NCBI RefSeq assembly: GCF_009914755.1
Contig: NC_060935.1
DNA: 64,000 bases
DNA from: the human T2T-CHM13v2.0 reference genome, Homo sapiens
Strand: one strand, 5' to 3'
The notes below the pieces were generated by a model that was not told the origin of the DNA, made no database searches, and was given only the letters and a program-made list of their open reading frames with translations. How positions within the stretch are numbered: position 1 is the stretch's first letter; every line of letters begins with the position of its first letter. Shown here in pieces: positions 46,104-61,252 of this stretch. A program made the translations under genes and the position numbers.

Positions 46104-46728
46104 TTTGGGGAGGACTGCTTGTGCCCTGGGATCTGAATCTGTTCTCACTGAGGGCCAGGAGGAGCGGGGAGGGAGGACTCGCGTGCTGGGCCTAGTGGCC
46201 TCATCCAGCCTATGGTGGTTGAGTGACTGCCAGGGCCACTTTCCAAAAAGGAGAATGGAAAAGGACTTCTCCAGTTGCTCTTTTCTATAGTCTCACTTCT
46301 GGGTTGTAAAGATTCAGATCAGTGTAAAGGTAGCGTCTCCCTCTACAGTGAACATGCGTTATTAAACCAGAGGCAGCAAGTGCAGATGACGGTGGAGGCC
46401 AGGCCAGGAGAGGGCAGCAGGCAAGGTGGCGTGTGCAGCCCACATGCTTGACCTGCATGGCTGGACGTGGCCCTCTGGCTCTTCGATGCTGGCAGGGATC
46501 TGGGCTAAGCATGACGGAACTTCCCAGTTTTTAAGGAGAAGCTGGAAAAAGAAAATCTGCATGTGCCATCTGGGAGAACATTGTAGGTTTCTCGGAGTAG
46601 GCCTGAGGCCGAGGTGGCTGTGGGCTGCCACTGTGCTGCTGGTTGGTTTAAGGTTTTCTTTGGAAGATGAGTGAACACAAGTGGTTAGCTTCAAGTGTTC
46701 TGACTCTTGTGTGTGTGTTTTCTTTCAG

Positions 46729-46830
46729 GGTGTGGTAACTGCAGCCACAAGTCTGATCACCACTTTAGCACAGAAGAACCCAGAAGAGTTTAAAACCTCC
46801 GTGTCTCTGGCTGTCTCTAGGCTAAGCAGA
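46729..46830 (+). CDS. AP2A2: AP2A2 exon 6 ([10 protein letters not shown]...SRLSR)
   Basis: ttttctttcag| and AGA|gtaagt; 102 nt. Confidence 0.97.
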
Positions 46831-47576
46831 GTAAGTCTGTTCGTGGGGGAGCAGAAGTCAGGGTGGGTTTTGTCTTAGTTATTTATTTATTAGCTTATTT
46901 GTAGAATGCAAGGTATTTGATCAGTTTATAAATTCAGGGATGAAAACCAACTTGGCTTCTCTGTCAGCCTTCTTGTTGAGAACTGTCCTGTCTGTACAGA
47001 AGCACAGCTCCCTGTTCCCATGGTGTGAGTGAGCACCCAACACCATGTGGGTGGAGGAGGGGCACCCAGTGGCCCCGTGTCCCCCACTGGGGAAGCGTGG
47101 CTGGTGCTTCGTGGACCCACCATCTGGCGTGCACGCTAAAGCCTGCCATTCAGCTTCCTGTTCTGAGTTTGATGCAGATGGACCTGCAGCACACATTCTT
47201 TTGTTTTGCTCAACATGGTAAAATTTTTGTTTTGTGTGCAGCTGTTATACATTCATGTTTGATGCTTCATAGAATTGGTTGTGTGAATTGTCCGCTGCAG
47301 TTTACCTGCTGTCCTGTTGAACACTTAGCTCCTTGCCCTCTGAGGCTGCTGTGAATCCTCCAGCATGAGCAGTCTTGGATGTCCCTTGGTTTCCATGTGC
47401 ACGAGATGGCTCAGCTGGGGCCGCGGCTCCTGAACCTGAGGAGACTGGCGTTGCCAGACCAGCTTCCCCTGCCGTGCACACGGCTCTCACAGCGGCAGCA
47501 GGAGGCGCGGGCGCGGCACGCGTAGTGCTAGTCTCTTGGGTTTTAGTCATCTGGGTGTATAGTGGGAGCTCTGTGA

Positions 47577-49209
<1,633 letters not shown>

Positions 49210-50171
49210 TAGTCTCTTTTTAAACGCTTGAGATGAATTTTTGTTGCTTTTCTCTTTATATTTGTTTCAAATATATACAGTTAAGGCTGTACATTTCTCT
49301 CTGAGCCCGGCCTTAGGTGCGTACTTGTTTGAGAGACAGCTCATGTTGGCCGTGTCTGTGTGTCACGGAAGTGCTGTGATTCTTGCCTTTTCCTGCTTTG
49401 TGTTTGTGCCTTTCAGCCTTGTCTTTGACAGCCTAGAGCTTGCCTCCTTGCAGCAGGAGTCCGTGACCCAAGTCTGGGCTGGCATCTTGCAGTTTAGGGT
49501 AGGAGTCAGGGTGAACTTTTCTGAATGGGTTCACTTACGGCCTAAAAGTGTCACATGTGAGCTTTGTAGGAAGGGAGGAACTACCCTGACCTCCGGGAAA
49601 CAGGAGACATCGGGCTGTATGTCAGTGGAAATGCGAGGTAGTCGTGATTGTCACTTGTTCAGGAGGTTGACGGAGGATCTGCCAAGCCAAAGGCCGCATT
49701 GGACACAGAGATGGGATGTGAGTGAGGTGGGCAGTCTCCCTGCCTCCGTGAGCTCACCATCTGGGTTGGCCTGTGGTCGGGGGGCCCTGTGGGGTTGTGG
49801 GGTAGGGTCAGAATGCCGGCTTCTGGGGGTGGGGGTGCTTCTTCCTTCTGAGGAGGCTAAAGCTCTCTCTCTGATTTCATTCACGTGCCGGTCCACAAAG
49901 GAAAGACTGTAGTTTCAAATCCAGGTGCTATGGTGTCTTGTACCGAGCGAGGGCTGCCACTCAGCTGCGGCAGCGTGTTGCCGAGTGACAGTGCAGCCCT
50001 CTCACGGCGAACCCAGGGGGTACCAAGCAGTGTCAGACACTCTTGGCACATGAAACAAAACCATTTTTCCAGCTCAGGCGTGACCCGAGGAGTGAGTATG
50101 GCTTTTCTTTGGGTCCCCGCAGTAGGGGCTCGTGTCCGGCAGCGTGTCTCATTGCCTGTGCTGTCTTACAG

Positions 50172-50280
50172 ATCGTGACGTCTGCATCCACAGATCTCCA
50201 GGATTACACTTACTATTTTGTCCCGGCTCCCTGGCTGTCTGTCAAACTGCTGAGACTGCTGCAGTGCTACCCACCCCCAG
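50172..50280 (+). CDS. AP2A2: AP2A2 exon 7 ([22 protein letters not shown]...YPPP)
   Basis: tcttacag| and CAG|gtaacg; 109 nt. Confidence 0.97.
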
Positions 50281-50382
50281 GTAACGCGCAGGCCGCGGCT
50301 CCTGAAGCTGCACCAGTGCCAGTCTGATTCCCTGTCTCAGATTTAAGTGGTTTGTTTGTTATTTTAAGAAGTGTGTTACTAG

Positions 50383-50809
<427 letters not shown>

Positions 50810-50958
50810 TGTCTCAGTTTTGTAAATGCTTCCAGCTGGGTACACAAATGTGAATGAACTATATTAAAAATGCTCTCATGATGTATGGGTGCAGCCGGGA
50901 GGGGCAGGGTGGGCTGCGGGCCACTGGAGACTGGTGAGCACCGTTCTGTCTTGCCCAG

Positions 50959-51109
50959 AAGACCCTGCAGTGCGAGGCCGCCTGACTGAGTGCCTGGAGA
51001 CCATCCTGAACAAAGCCCAAGAACCGCCCAAGTCGAAGAAGGTCCAGCACTCCAACGCGAAGAATGCCGTGCTCTTCGAGGCCATCAGCTTAATCATTCA
51101 CCATGACAG
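50959..51109 (+). CDS. AP2A2: AP2A2 exon 8 ((E)[13 protein letters not shown]...IIHHD-S); alternative start at 50962
   Basis: tandem acceptor cccag|aag|; donor AG|gtgtgt. Confidence 0.96.
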
Positions 51110-52311
51110 GTGTGTCGGCTGCCTGTGGAGAGGCTTCGTCTCGCGCACACACACACGTTCCTTCTCGTTGGCACGAGACTGGGCGGATCATGTCTGGTTT
51201 GTCCACTCCATGGGCCTCCCCTTCGTCCTGCCTCTGTGCTCCCTGCCGGATGCTTTTTTTCTTTCTGTGCAGCCCGGCCCCTCCTGCTCTGAGCTCACCG
51301 TGGATTGCTTTGGTGACTGTGGTCTCATCCCACACGAGGGCCTTTTCCTCCTTCCCCTGAGCATCCCCACTCCTGACTGGCTTCTCATGTAGTGGAACAG
51401 AGAGGAGACGGGTGGGGTGGGGGGTGTGCGCGCATGTCCCGTGGCTTTGCTGGATGTGGAGCCGCACTTGGTGGGTCCAGGGTCGCAGGGCAGTGCTGGA
51501 AACGTCTGTGCCCATCCACGAAGCGCAGAGGCGCAGGGTGGCGGTCGCTCCACACAGCCTGGAGGGTCTGCCTCCTCTGCTCCCACGCCTTCTCTGCTCA
51601 GCAGTTGCGGCGCACCACATGTGGTCTGGCGTGGGTCTTGCGTGTGGGGCCATGCTTTAGGGTCCTGTGAGAATGAGATCGCAGTTCTCACCAGGCTCCC
51701 AATAATGAGGGCACGTGCCAGGCTGTGGGCAGACGCTCTCTACAGCTTGTGAACACCACCCATTTGCTACTACAGCATTTTTACAAATGATGAAAACTCA
51801 GTCTGAGAGTCACACTTCAGAACTGAGAGTTATTAAAACTGAAATTTCCCATTTTGGAGAAAGCTCTGTTGTTATGTGAGGAGAAGCCACATCCTGAGGA
51901 GACAGTAGAGTCAGTGGGGCAGCAGCCGCGCTCCCGGCCTTCTCGGCCTTCTCCCTGCCCTGGGCTGGTGCCTCTGGCTGAGACCCCATTGCCGGTCACA
52001 GCTTGACCGGCCTCCCGCGGGCCTGATGCAGATTGAGGCTCAGGAGGTGCTGGGAAGGCTCCAGTGGACACACGGGCTGCTGACTCACTGTGGGGATGCA
52101 CAGGATGGACACAAAATGGATGTCAGGGGTGGGGGTCGGGCGTCATCTGCATCTGGGGAGGCCCCCGAGTTCCCACTTGAGCAGTGTGGTGGCGGTGAGT
52201 GCCGTGTGACTTTGCTGTCTGCCATCTGGACCCGTCGGGGAACGCAGACTCTGTCCAGTTTGTGTTGCACTTGCTGAGGAAACCCCACCCACTTCCCCTC
52301 CCTCCACACAG

Positions 52312-52480
52312 TGAGCCGAACCTGCTCGTCCGTGCCTGCAACCAGTTGGGCCAGTTTCTGCAGCACCGCGAGACCAACCTGCGCTACCTGGCCCTGGAGA
52401 GCATGTGCACGCTGGCCAGCTCTGAGTTCTCCCATGAGGCTGTCAAGACGCACATCGAGACGGTCATCAACGCCCTGAAG
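52312..52480 (+). CDS. AP2A2: AP2A2 exon 9 ([14 protein letters not shown]...VINALK), followed by a GC donor
   Basis: cacacag| and AAG|gcgagt; this junction gives the conserved ...INALK-TERDVS... Confidence 0.95.
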
Positions 52481-52894
52481 GCGAGTGCCCTGTCCTTGGG
52501 TTCTGCTCACTCCCTGAGCAGGTGCCGTGGGTCTTCCTGTGAAGGCTGGGGGTACGCAGTGCCTCCTGACTCCCCGCAGAGATGGAGGTGGTGCTGGTGC
52601 TGCTGGCCTCCGCCTGTCACCTACTCTTGGGAGGTCACACCACTGTTGAGGGCCATGCTGCCTGGAGATGGCCGGGTTGGCCCTGCTGTCCTGGTTAGGC
52701 TGAGCAGAGGAGTCTCTGGCAGCCCTTTCCCTGCTGGGGGCAGCCCCCGTGTGCCATCCTGCGCGTGCATAGTGCTGACAAGTAGAAATGGTTCTTCTTG
52801 GTAGAAAGATGAAATTTTTTTCCCTTATCTCCAAGAAAATCCCCCTTTTACAAAGGAAACTCACTTTGTTCGGGGATTAAAATTTCAGAGTTGG

Positions 52895-53520
<626 letters not shown>

Positions 53521-54078
53521 TCAATCCCTATTGTCAGAAGGGCTGGACACTCATTTGCACACGGCCAGTGCTAGCGCTGGTGGTGCCCACTCTCCTGCCT
53601 TTGTTGGGAGCAGAGCTCGGGCTTTCTCGTGCTGCAGAGCCTCCTGGGGGCCCATCAGCACGGGCTCTGGGGTGGGGCGTGAGGACCTGCCTTGGGGCAG
53701 CTCCGTGTCCGAGGCAGTGGGGTCTTTGGCTGCATGGAAGGGAGTCCTTGATGGCCTGCACCAGGCAGTGCGCTCAGTCCTAGCGAAGCTGGCCCTTGTG
53801 GAGGGCAAGGGAGGCATGGACGAGCGGGCAGAATCCAGGCAGTGCGCTGGGTCCTAGCGAAGCTGGCCTGTGCGGGAGGGCCGGGCCAGCAGGCGGAACT
53901 CTATTCCGGGCTGTCCAGACACACGTGGCCCGAGTGCAGGTCGGCTCCCTGGACCTGGATGTGCATGTGAGGGAAACTCAGAGTGGGTGTTGAGATGCGG
54001 GTGCCGAGCCTGTCCCCAGCCTGTCCCCAAGCTTGTGCCTTGCTCCTGCGACCTCTTACTCTGTGCCTTGTTCCCCAG

Positions 54079-54216
54079 ACTGAGCGGGACGTGAGCGTGC
54101 GGCAGCGGGCCGTGGACCTCCTCTACGCCATGTGCGACCGCAGCAACGCCCCACAGATCGTGGCCGAGATGCTGAGCTATCTGGAGACAGCTGACTACTC
54201 CATCCGAGAAGAGATT
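54079..54216 (+). CDS. AP2A2: AP2A2 exon 10 ([15 protein letters not shown]...IREEI)
   Basis: ttccccag| and ATT|gtgagt; 138 nt. Confidence 0.97.
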
Positions 54217-54377
54217 GTGAGTTCTGGTGGCCTCTGAGTCCTCTCCTGCCACAGGCGTGAATCTCAGCGGCAGGATTTCCTTCGTGCTCTGCGATTCCGT
54301 CCAGCAGGACTTGATTGAGAACCCATGAGATGCTGAATACAAGGCTCCTCTGCCTCTGTGTTTTCATCCACATTTTC

Positions 54378-54872
<495 letters not shown>

Positions 54873-56154
54873 ACTAAAATGCCCGTCCTGCGCGGCTTCT
54901 GTGGCCTGCCTGTCCTTGCAGTGGTGGCACTGTAGCCCCAGGTCTGAGTGAGGCTCCAGCCGTCTGCGCTGGGGCTGCACAAATCCAGACTCCTGTGGGC
55001 AAAATTCTTTTAATTGTGTTGCATTTTGAGCCCTTGAATTAATCCTTTGTGGCTTGGCTTTTTTGGGTGTCCCTCTTGATCTCTGGGAAGGACGGGATCT
55101 AGGCCATAGCTTAATGTCCCGTGTTGTTTTTATTCACAAAGTAGGTGTGCACACTTGCCAGATAGCTGAAGCTCATCAAACCTGTACGTGTGAAAGACTG
55201 AGCATGAACCAAAACCTGAGGGAAGAAACCCTTGTGGAGGCCACATGGTCAGCAGAGAAGAGGGCCTGAGGCCTCCACCACACTCACAGGCCTCTCAGGC
55301 TCACCGTGTCTGTGGATGGTGGGGTTTAAGGGGGAGGCCCGGTGTCCTCGCGTGGGGTTCGCCACTGTGACCAGCCAGGACCACAGCCTCTTGTTGAGGC
55401 TGAGACAGCGCCTCCGTTGTATAGAAAGCGCTTTGTTATTTGTTTTTTTTGGGCGAAGTGCGGCTCAAGGCCTCCTTGGGAGCTTTGCCGAGAGCCAGTG
55501 TTGGAGCTAGTGGCAGGTGACAGGGTTGCTCTGGGCAGGTGTTGTGTGGTCATGCCCAGGTGAGAGACTCGGGTTTTCAGGGGTCTTTTAGTGAACGGAG
55601 GAGCCCAGGTGCTGGGGCTTCAATGCTGAGGGGTGAAATTACCATGGACTGAGCTTCAGTGAGGCACTGCAGACCTGCAGAGAGCAGGGGCCAGGAGGCG
55701 GCTCTCACGCTGGACTGTCCACCCTCCAGGACAGTGGGCCTGGGAAGTTGAGGGGGACAGGGACGGGGTGGGCTGACTCCCGGCAGGAGGCCCCAAGGGC
55801 AGGCACCGTGGTGTAGGGCAGGGCTGTCTGTAGAGGGGCCAGGCAGGTGCTCGTTGACTGTAGCCAGTGGTCCCTCTCTGGCCTGGCTGGGGCAGTGTGG
55901 CCTGGTGTCAGCACTTGTGGTGGGGTGGGGCTGGCTCTGGGGACGGCCGTCACGGGAGCCTCGTTCCTGATTGTTGTTCTGGGTGTTTTGAACAGAGACA
56001 GAAGCAGTGTGCTTCTGAGTGCAGTTGTGCAGATTTTGAGGTCCTGGGCATTCGTCAGCCCGGTGTCTGCTCTCGCCCCTCTGCGTGATGAGCGGCAATC
56101 CTCAGCCAGCTCCTGCTGTGAGGAGTAAGACAGGTGCTGTGTCTTGGCCTGCAT

Positions 56155-56730
56155 GATGCTCCCCCCAGCCCGTCCTTTCAGCCGGACATGATGCTCCCCT
56201 CACCCCATCCTTTCAGCTGGGCATGGTGCTCCCCCACCCCATCCTTTCAGCCGGGCATGGTGCTCCCCCCACCCCATCCTTTCAGCCGGGCAGGGTGCTC
56301 CCCCCACCCCGTCCTTTCATCTGGGCATGGTGCTCCCCTCACCCCATCCTTTCAGCTGGGCATGGTGCTCCCCCCACCCCATCCTTTCAGCTGGGCATGG
56401 TGCTCCCCCCACCCCATCCTTTCAGCTGGGCATGGTGCTCCCCCCACCCCATCCTTTCAGTCGGGTATGGTGCTCCCCCCACCCCATCCTTTCAGTCGGG
56501 TATGGTGCTCCCCTCCGTCCTTTTAGCCGGGCATGGTGCTCCCCTCCATCCTTTCAGCCGGGCACGATGCTCCCCCCACCCCGTCCTTTCAGCCGGGTAT
56601 GGTGCTCCCCTCCGTCCTTTCAGCCGGGTATGGTGCTCCCCTCTGTCCTTTCAGCCGGGTATGGTGCTCCCCTCCATCCTTTCAGCCGGGCATGGTGTTT
56701 CCCTCTGTCCTTTCAGTCGAGCATGGCAGG
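56155..56730. repeat. VNTR, 35/30-bp units, about 17 copies
   Basis: ccccatcctttcagcYgggcatggtgctcccccca. Confidence 0.93.
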
Positions 56731-57606
56731 GCGTGTTCTCTGGCTGTGCTAGGTGCTAAGTGTCCAAACTGGACATGGCCCACTCCCTGCCTACTCGGCA
56801 CCTTGCCATCCATGGAGGGGGACGGATTGAGAGCAGGACCGTGGGTTGCTGTGCTGTGGGTGGGATGGCTGGAGGAAGTGCCTCATGTTCTGGGGGCCTC
56901 AGGAGGCATTACACTCCTGGGGGGCTGTGTGGACTTCTGCAGAAGGTGATAGTGGCCTGGTCTGGAGAGGATGATGGTGCAGAGGCTACTGGGAGGGCAG
57001 AGCATCCGTTCGTGGAGGGGTGGGAGGTACCTTAGCACAGGCTGGGGAGCAGGGCACGCGAGGCAGGGGTGGAAGCAGACATGGGGACCCTGCCAGTGAG
57101 GCCTGAGGGCCCCTGGTGCACAGCCGTGAGCTGAGGGTAGGGCTCAGAGGCAGTACATTTTGGAATGATGCCCTGGAAGTGTCACGGAGTCAGGTTGGGG
57201 TTTGGGGGTCCAGGCTCCAGGCAGGGACTTGGGGTGGGGGGGCACAGTCACCAGCACCTGAGAGGCCAGTGGCAGGGTGTGGAGAGGGGGCGGCAGGGTG
57301 TGGGGAGGGGCGGCAGGGTATTAGGGGTGCCCTCGGGAGGTGCGCGGTCTTGATGCCTGCTGGCGTTGGTGTTGGCAGCTGGCGCTGTTCGAAGGGGGCT
57401 TGGTTCCAGGCGAGGTGACTTTGGGGAGATGAGTTTGGTGTTGTACAGCCTGGCAGAGCTCCATGTGGGTGGCTGCCACGTGGGTGTGGGCTGGGCAGGT
57501 GCCTCCGGGGGGCACCCGTGAGAGTGAGCCAGAGAGGGGAAGAAGGGGAACCCCCAGGTGAGGCTCGCAGGAAAGACTGGCCAGAGCCGGAAGAAACCAG
57601 CAGAGA

Positions 57607-57732
57607 AGTGGCCGCCGGGAGCCCAGGGTGGCGCAGTCACTGGCCGCCGGGAGCCCAGGGTGGCGCAGTCAGAGGTCAGAGGAGTGCTGCCACCGGGAGC
57701 CTAGGGTGATGAGGTCAGAGGAGTGCTGCCGC
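57607..57732. repeat. Short degenerate tandem repeat (32-bp unit twice plus related units)
   Basis: tggccgccgggagcccagggtggcgcagtca occurs twice. Confidence 0.75.
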
Positions 57733-58029
57733 CAGGTGCTGGGGCTTTGGGAGAGAAGGGCCCAGGTGGGAGGTGGCCTGGCTGTGGCCGTGGCCTTCTG
57801 TGCACTGGTCTCCGCCTCTTCCTGGCTTTCTTTGCTTAAGTCAGGGCATCTTAAACTTTCTGGGCTCGTGGGCTTTTTTGAGAATCGAGTTCAAGCTTCC
57901 TCCATGTCCCAAACTTTTGTAGACACATTGAGGTGCTTCTGAAACTCTCACTTTGACTTTGGACGACAGTTTGGTCTTGGGATTGCCATGGCCTGCAGGT
58001 GCCGGCCCTCAGCAGCCTGTCCCCCACAG

Positions 58030-58212
58030 GTGCTGAAGGTCGCCATCCTGGCTGAGAAGTACGCGGTGGACTACACCTGGTATGTGGATACCATCTTGAA
58101 CTTGATCCGAATTGCTGGTGATTACGTGAGTGAAGAGGTGTGGTACCGAGTCATTCAGATCGTCATCAACCGGGACGACGTGCAGGGCTACGCGGCCAAG
58201 ACTGTGTTCGAG
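58030..58212 (+). CDS. AP2A2: AP2A2 exon 11 ([14 protein letters not shown]...AKTVFE)
   Basis: cccccacag| and GAG|gtatgg; 183 nt. Confidence 0.97.
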
Positions 58213-58810
58213 GTATGGCCCGCAGGATGGCAGGAAGGATGGGGTGGAGGGCAGTTGCAGAAGGTGAGCAGTGAGTGGTTCCAGCCTGCCTGCGTGGAGG
58301 TGCCGAGGGCCGTTGCTGACCCCTCTTGCCCCTCAGCTCTTCCCTGAGGCTCTAGCTCCTCCACTGTTGGTGCCCCTTGCTGAGTCCCAGTTTCTTCTCA
58401 CCCTAACTCTCAAACTTCTGGCTCTCTGGGGGCCACCTGAGAAAGCCGGCCTCTGTGTGTGTGAGAGCATGCTGGGGCATGCCGTGGTGGGGCCTGCCCT
58501 GTCCGTCGGAGAGGGTTAGGCCACCGGCAAGGGGTGTGCCATGAGGACGCTGGCAGAACCTCCCCAGCCAGAGCCTGTTGTGGATGCTGCAGCTCCCTCC
58601 AGGGCAGGTCAGCGTGTGGCAGCCTTGGGTTCCTTGCTGCTGACACAGGTACTGAGGGTGCTGAGGAAGGCAGGGATGGGCACTTGGACTGGGGTCTCCA
58701 GGAAGCTGAGGGGCTGGTGCTGGTGTAGGGTGCACCGCGCCAGGACGTGCCCGCCTCGCCTTAACTCTGGCACCTGGCTGCCACCCCGGCTCATTGTTTG
58801 TGCTTCGCAG

Positions 58811-58908
58811 GCTCTTCAGGCTCCCGCGTGCCACGAGAACCTGGTCAAAGTGGGCGGCTACATCCTGGGGGAGTTTGGAAACTTGATAGCTGGAGACCCG
58901 AGATCCAG
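58811..58908 (+). CDS. AP2A2: AP2A2 exon 12 ([23 protein letters not shown]...DPRS)
   Basis: cttcgcag| and AG|gtgaga; 98 nt. Confidence 0.97.
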
Positions 58909-59280
58909 GTGAGAGGCCCTTTGCGAGTCGGGGCTGTGTGCGCTCCGGCGGGCCTCTCGGTGGTCGGTGGCAAGAGGCGAGGCACCAGCTGGCCCTGCCG
59001 TGAGGCCTCGCAGAGCCGCTTCTGCTCCCCATCGGCGTCTTTTTGTTTTCCTTCAGTTGATAGAAAAAGCAGGGATTCTAGTAGAAAATGGAGACGTGGG
59101 GTTGATGGCTGACTTAGTGAAAGGGGCGTCTTTGCGGTGGGATCTGGAGCTGGAAGAGGGTCCCGACCAGCGGCCTCTGGTGCAGGCCAGGGGGTCTCGC
59201 CGCCGTCCCCCCCCCGCGGGGGCGTGCTGCAGCCTGCGAGGGGACGACGGTGTCCCTGTGTTGTGCCTCCCGGTCCCCAG

Positions 59281-59512
59281 CCCGCTGATCCAGTTCCACC
59301 TGCTGCACTCCAAGTTCCACCTGTGCAGCGTCCCCACCCGCGCGCTGCTCCTGTCCACCTACATCAAGTTCGTGAACCTCTTCCCGGAGGTGAAGCCCAC
59401 CATCCAGGACGTGCTGCGCAGCGACAGCCAGCTCAGGAACGCAGACGTGGAGCTGCAGCAGCGTGCTGTGGAGTACCTGCGGCTCAGCACCGTGGCCAGC
59501 ACCGACATTCTG
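59281..59512 (+). CDS. AP2A2: AP2A2 exon 13 ([12 protein letters not shown]...VASTDIL)
   Basis: gtccccag| and CTG|gtagga; 232 nt. Confidence 0.97.
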
Positions 59513-59598
59513 GTAGGAGGCCCCCGCCCTTCGGGCTGGCTTGGCTGAGGGTTGGAGGCCAGGAGCTCTGACCAGTCCCACCCTGTGTTCTTTCCAAG

Positions 59599-59772
59599 GC
59601 GACCGTGCTGGAGGAGATGCCCCCATTCCCGGAGCGGGAGTCCTCCATCTTGGCAAAGCTCAAGAAGAAGAAGGGCCCCAGCACGGTGACAGACCTGGAG
59701 GACACCAAGCGGGACAGGAGTGTGGACGTGAACGGGGGTCCTGAGCCTGCCCCAGCCAGTACCAGCGCCGTG
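59599..59772 (+). CDS. AP2A2: AP2A2 exon 14 ([15 protein letters not shown]...PASTSAV), end of trunk and start of hinge
   Basis: tttccaag| after an 86-nt intron; donor GTG|gtgggt; 174 nt. Confidence 0.93.
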
Positions 59773-59895
59773 GTGGGTCCCTCACCTACTGTGCACCCAG
59801 ACCTGTCAGGGCCTCACCCCCAAGACTTGGGACCAGCAGAGCATTTGCCTGTCAGGGAGGAGCATGTACTGAGAACCCAGGCTCTGGCTGTGGCT

Positions 59896-60595
59896 CTGGA
59901 CACCCCGCTGTCCTGTCCTGGGGGCCACTGTCCCTGCTGGACACGCTGCTGTCCTGTCCTGGGGGCCACTGTCCCTGCTGGACGCCACGCTGTCCTGTCC
60001 CGGGGGCCACTGTCCCTGCTGGACGCCCCGCTGTCTGTCCCGGGGGCCACTGTCCCTGCTGGACGCCCCCCTGGCCTGTCCCGGGGGCCACTGTCCCTGC
60101 TGGACGCCCCGTTGTCCTGTCCCGGGGGCCACTGTCCCTGCTGCACACCCTGCTGGCCTGTCCCGGGGGCCACTGTCCCTGCTGGATGCCCCCCTGGCCT
60201 GTCCCGGGGGCCACTGTCCCTGCTGGACGCCCCGTTGTCCTGTCCCGGGGGCCACTGTCCCTGCTGGACGCCCCCCTGGCCTGTCCCGGGGGCCACTGTC
60301 CCTGCTGCACACCCTGCTGGCCTGTCCCGGGGGCCACTGTCCCTGCTGGACGCCCCCCTGGCCTGTCCCGGGGGCCACTGTCCCTGCTGCACACCCTGCT
60401 GGCCTGTCCCGGGGGCCACTGTCCCTGCTGGACGCCCCCCTGGCCTGTCCTGGGGGCCACTGTCCCTGCTGCACACCCCGCTGGCTTGTCCCGGGGGCCA
60501 CTGTCCCTGCTGGACGCCCCTCTGGCCTGTCCCGGGGGCCACTGTCCCTGCTGCACACCCCGCTGTCCTCTCCCGGGGGCCACTGTGCCTGCTGG
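59896..60595. repeat. VNTR, ~41-bp unit, about 17 copies, at the start of intron 14
   Basis: cctgtcccgggggccactgtccctgctggacgcccccctgg and variants. Confidence 0.95.
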
Positions 60596-61252
60596 GCAAG
60601 GCACTTCCTTCAGACCGTCGTCTTGTCCAGCTCAGCTCACACATCCTCTGTGGTGCCTTGTTTTAGGGGAAGTGGCCGTCCCCTCTCCTACAGGACTGCC
60701 TCACCCAGGCAGCTGTCCTCACATGCTTTGTTGATTTAGAGAGGACCTGTCCTGCCCTGCTCTTCGAGGTTTTATGTAGTGAGTTGGGTTAGGTCTGGTT
60801 TTCCTTGTATGTGTGATGCGATGAGAATAATCCTGTAACAGAATGTGTCCTGTGGTATTTGTCAGGTGAGAAGTGTCGTTTTGAGAGTTGCGTTTTTGCT
60901 TGGCTCTGCTTGCCAGCTGTTCCCCTCTGCACTGTCAGGGAGGGCTCCTGTCGGGGTCAGGCGGGCTTTCTGTTTGTCCAGTTAGAGGACCTGTCTCTCC
61001 AGGACGCAGGTCCAGTGGTGGCAACCAGTGCTGCTACCCAGTATCGGCAGGGCTTTGTGGGGTGAGCTCCTGTGGTGGTGCCTGCCCTGGCAGTGTGCTG
61101 GTTGGGAGGGTGCTCATGTCGGAGTCCTGGCACTCCTTGGCGGGGACCTGCTTATGTGCCCCGGCTGACCATGTGTCCTGCCCCTCTGGCCGACAGTGCA
61201 GGGCCTGCCATGGGGCTGGTATCCAGGCTGAGCCTGACATCTTGCCCAGTGG

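Larger units (their letters stand above)
58730..59800. promoter_or_regulatory. Intragenic CpG-rich region over exons 12-14
   Basis: visibly high GC and CpG density (not computed). Confidence 0.45.

Noticed and set aside
44448-46290. Three 566-600 aa ORFs as protein-coding genes
   Set aside because: By-product of a stop-free 33-bp unit; no ATG start or exon structure. Kept only as a non-canonical translation hypothesis
58909-59280. In-frame retention of intron 12 (372 nt, multiple of 3)
   Set aside because: AG|G TGA stops translation immediately after the donor
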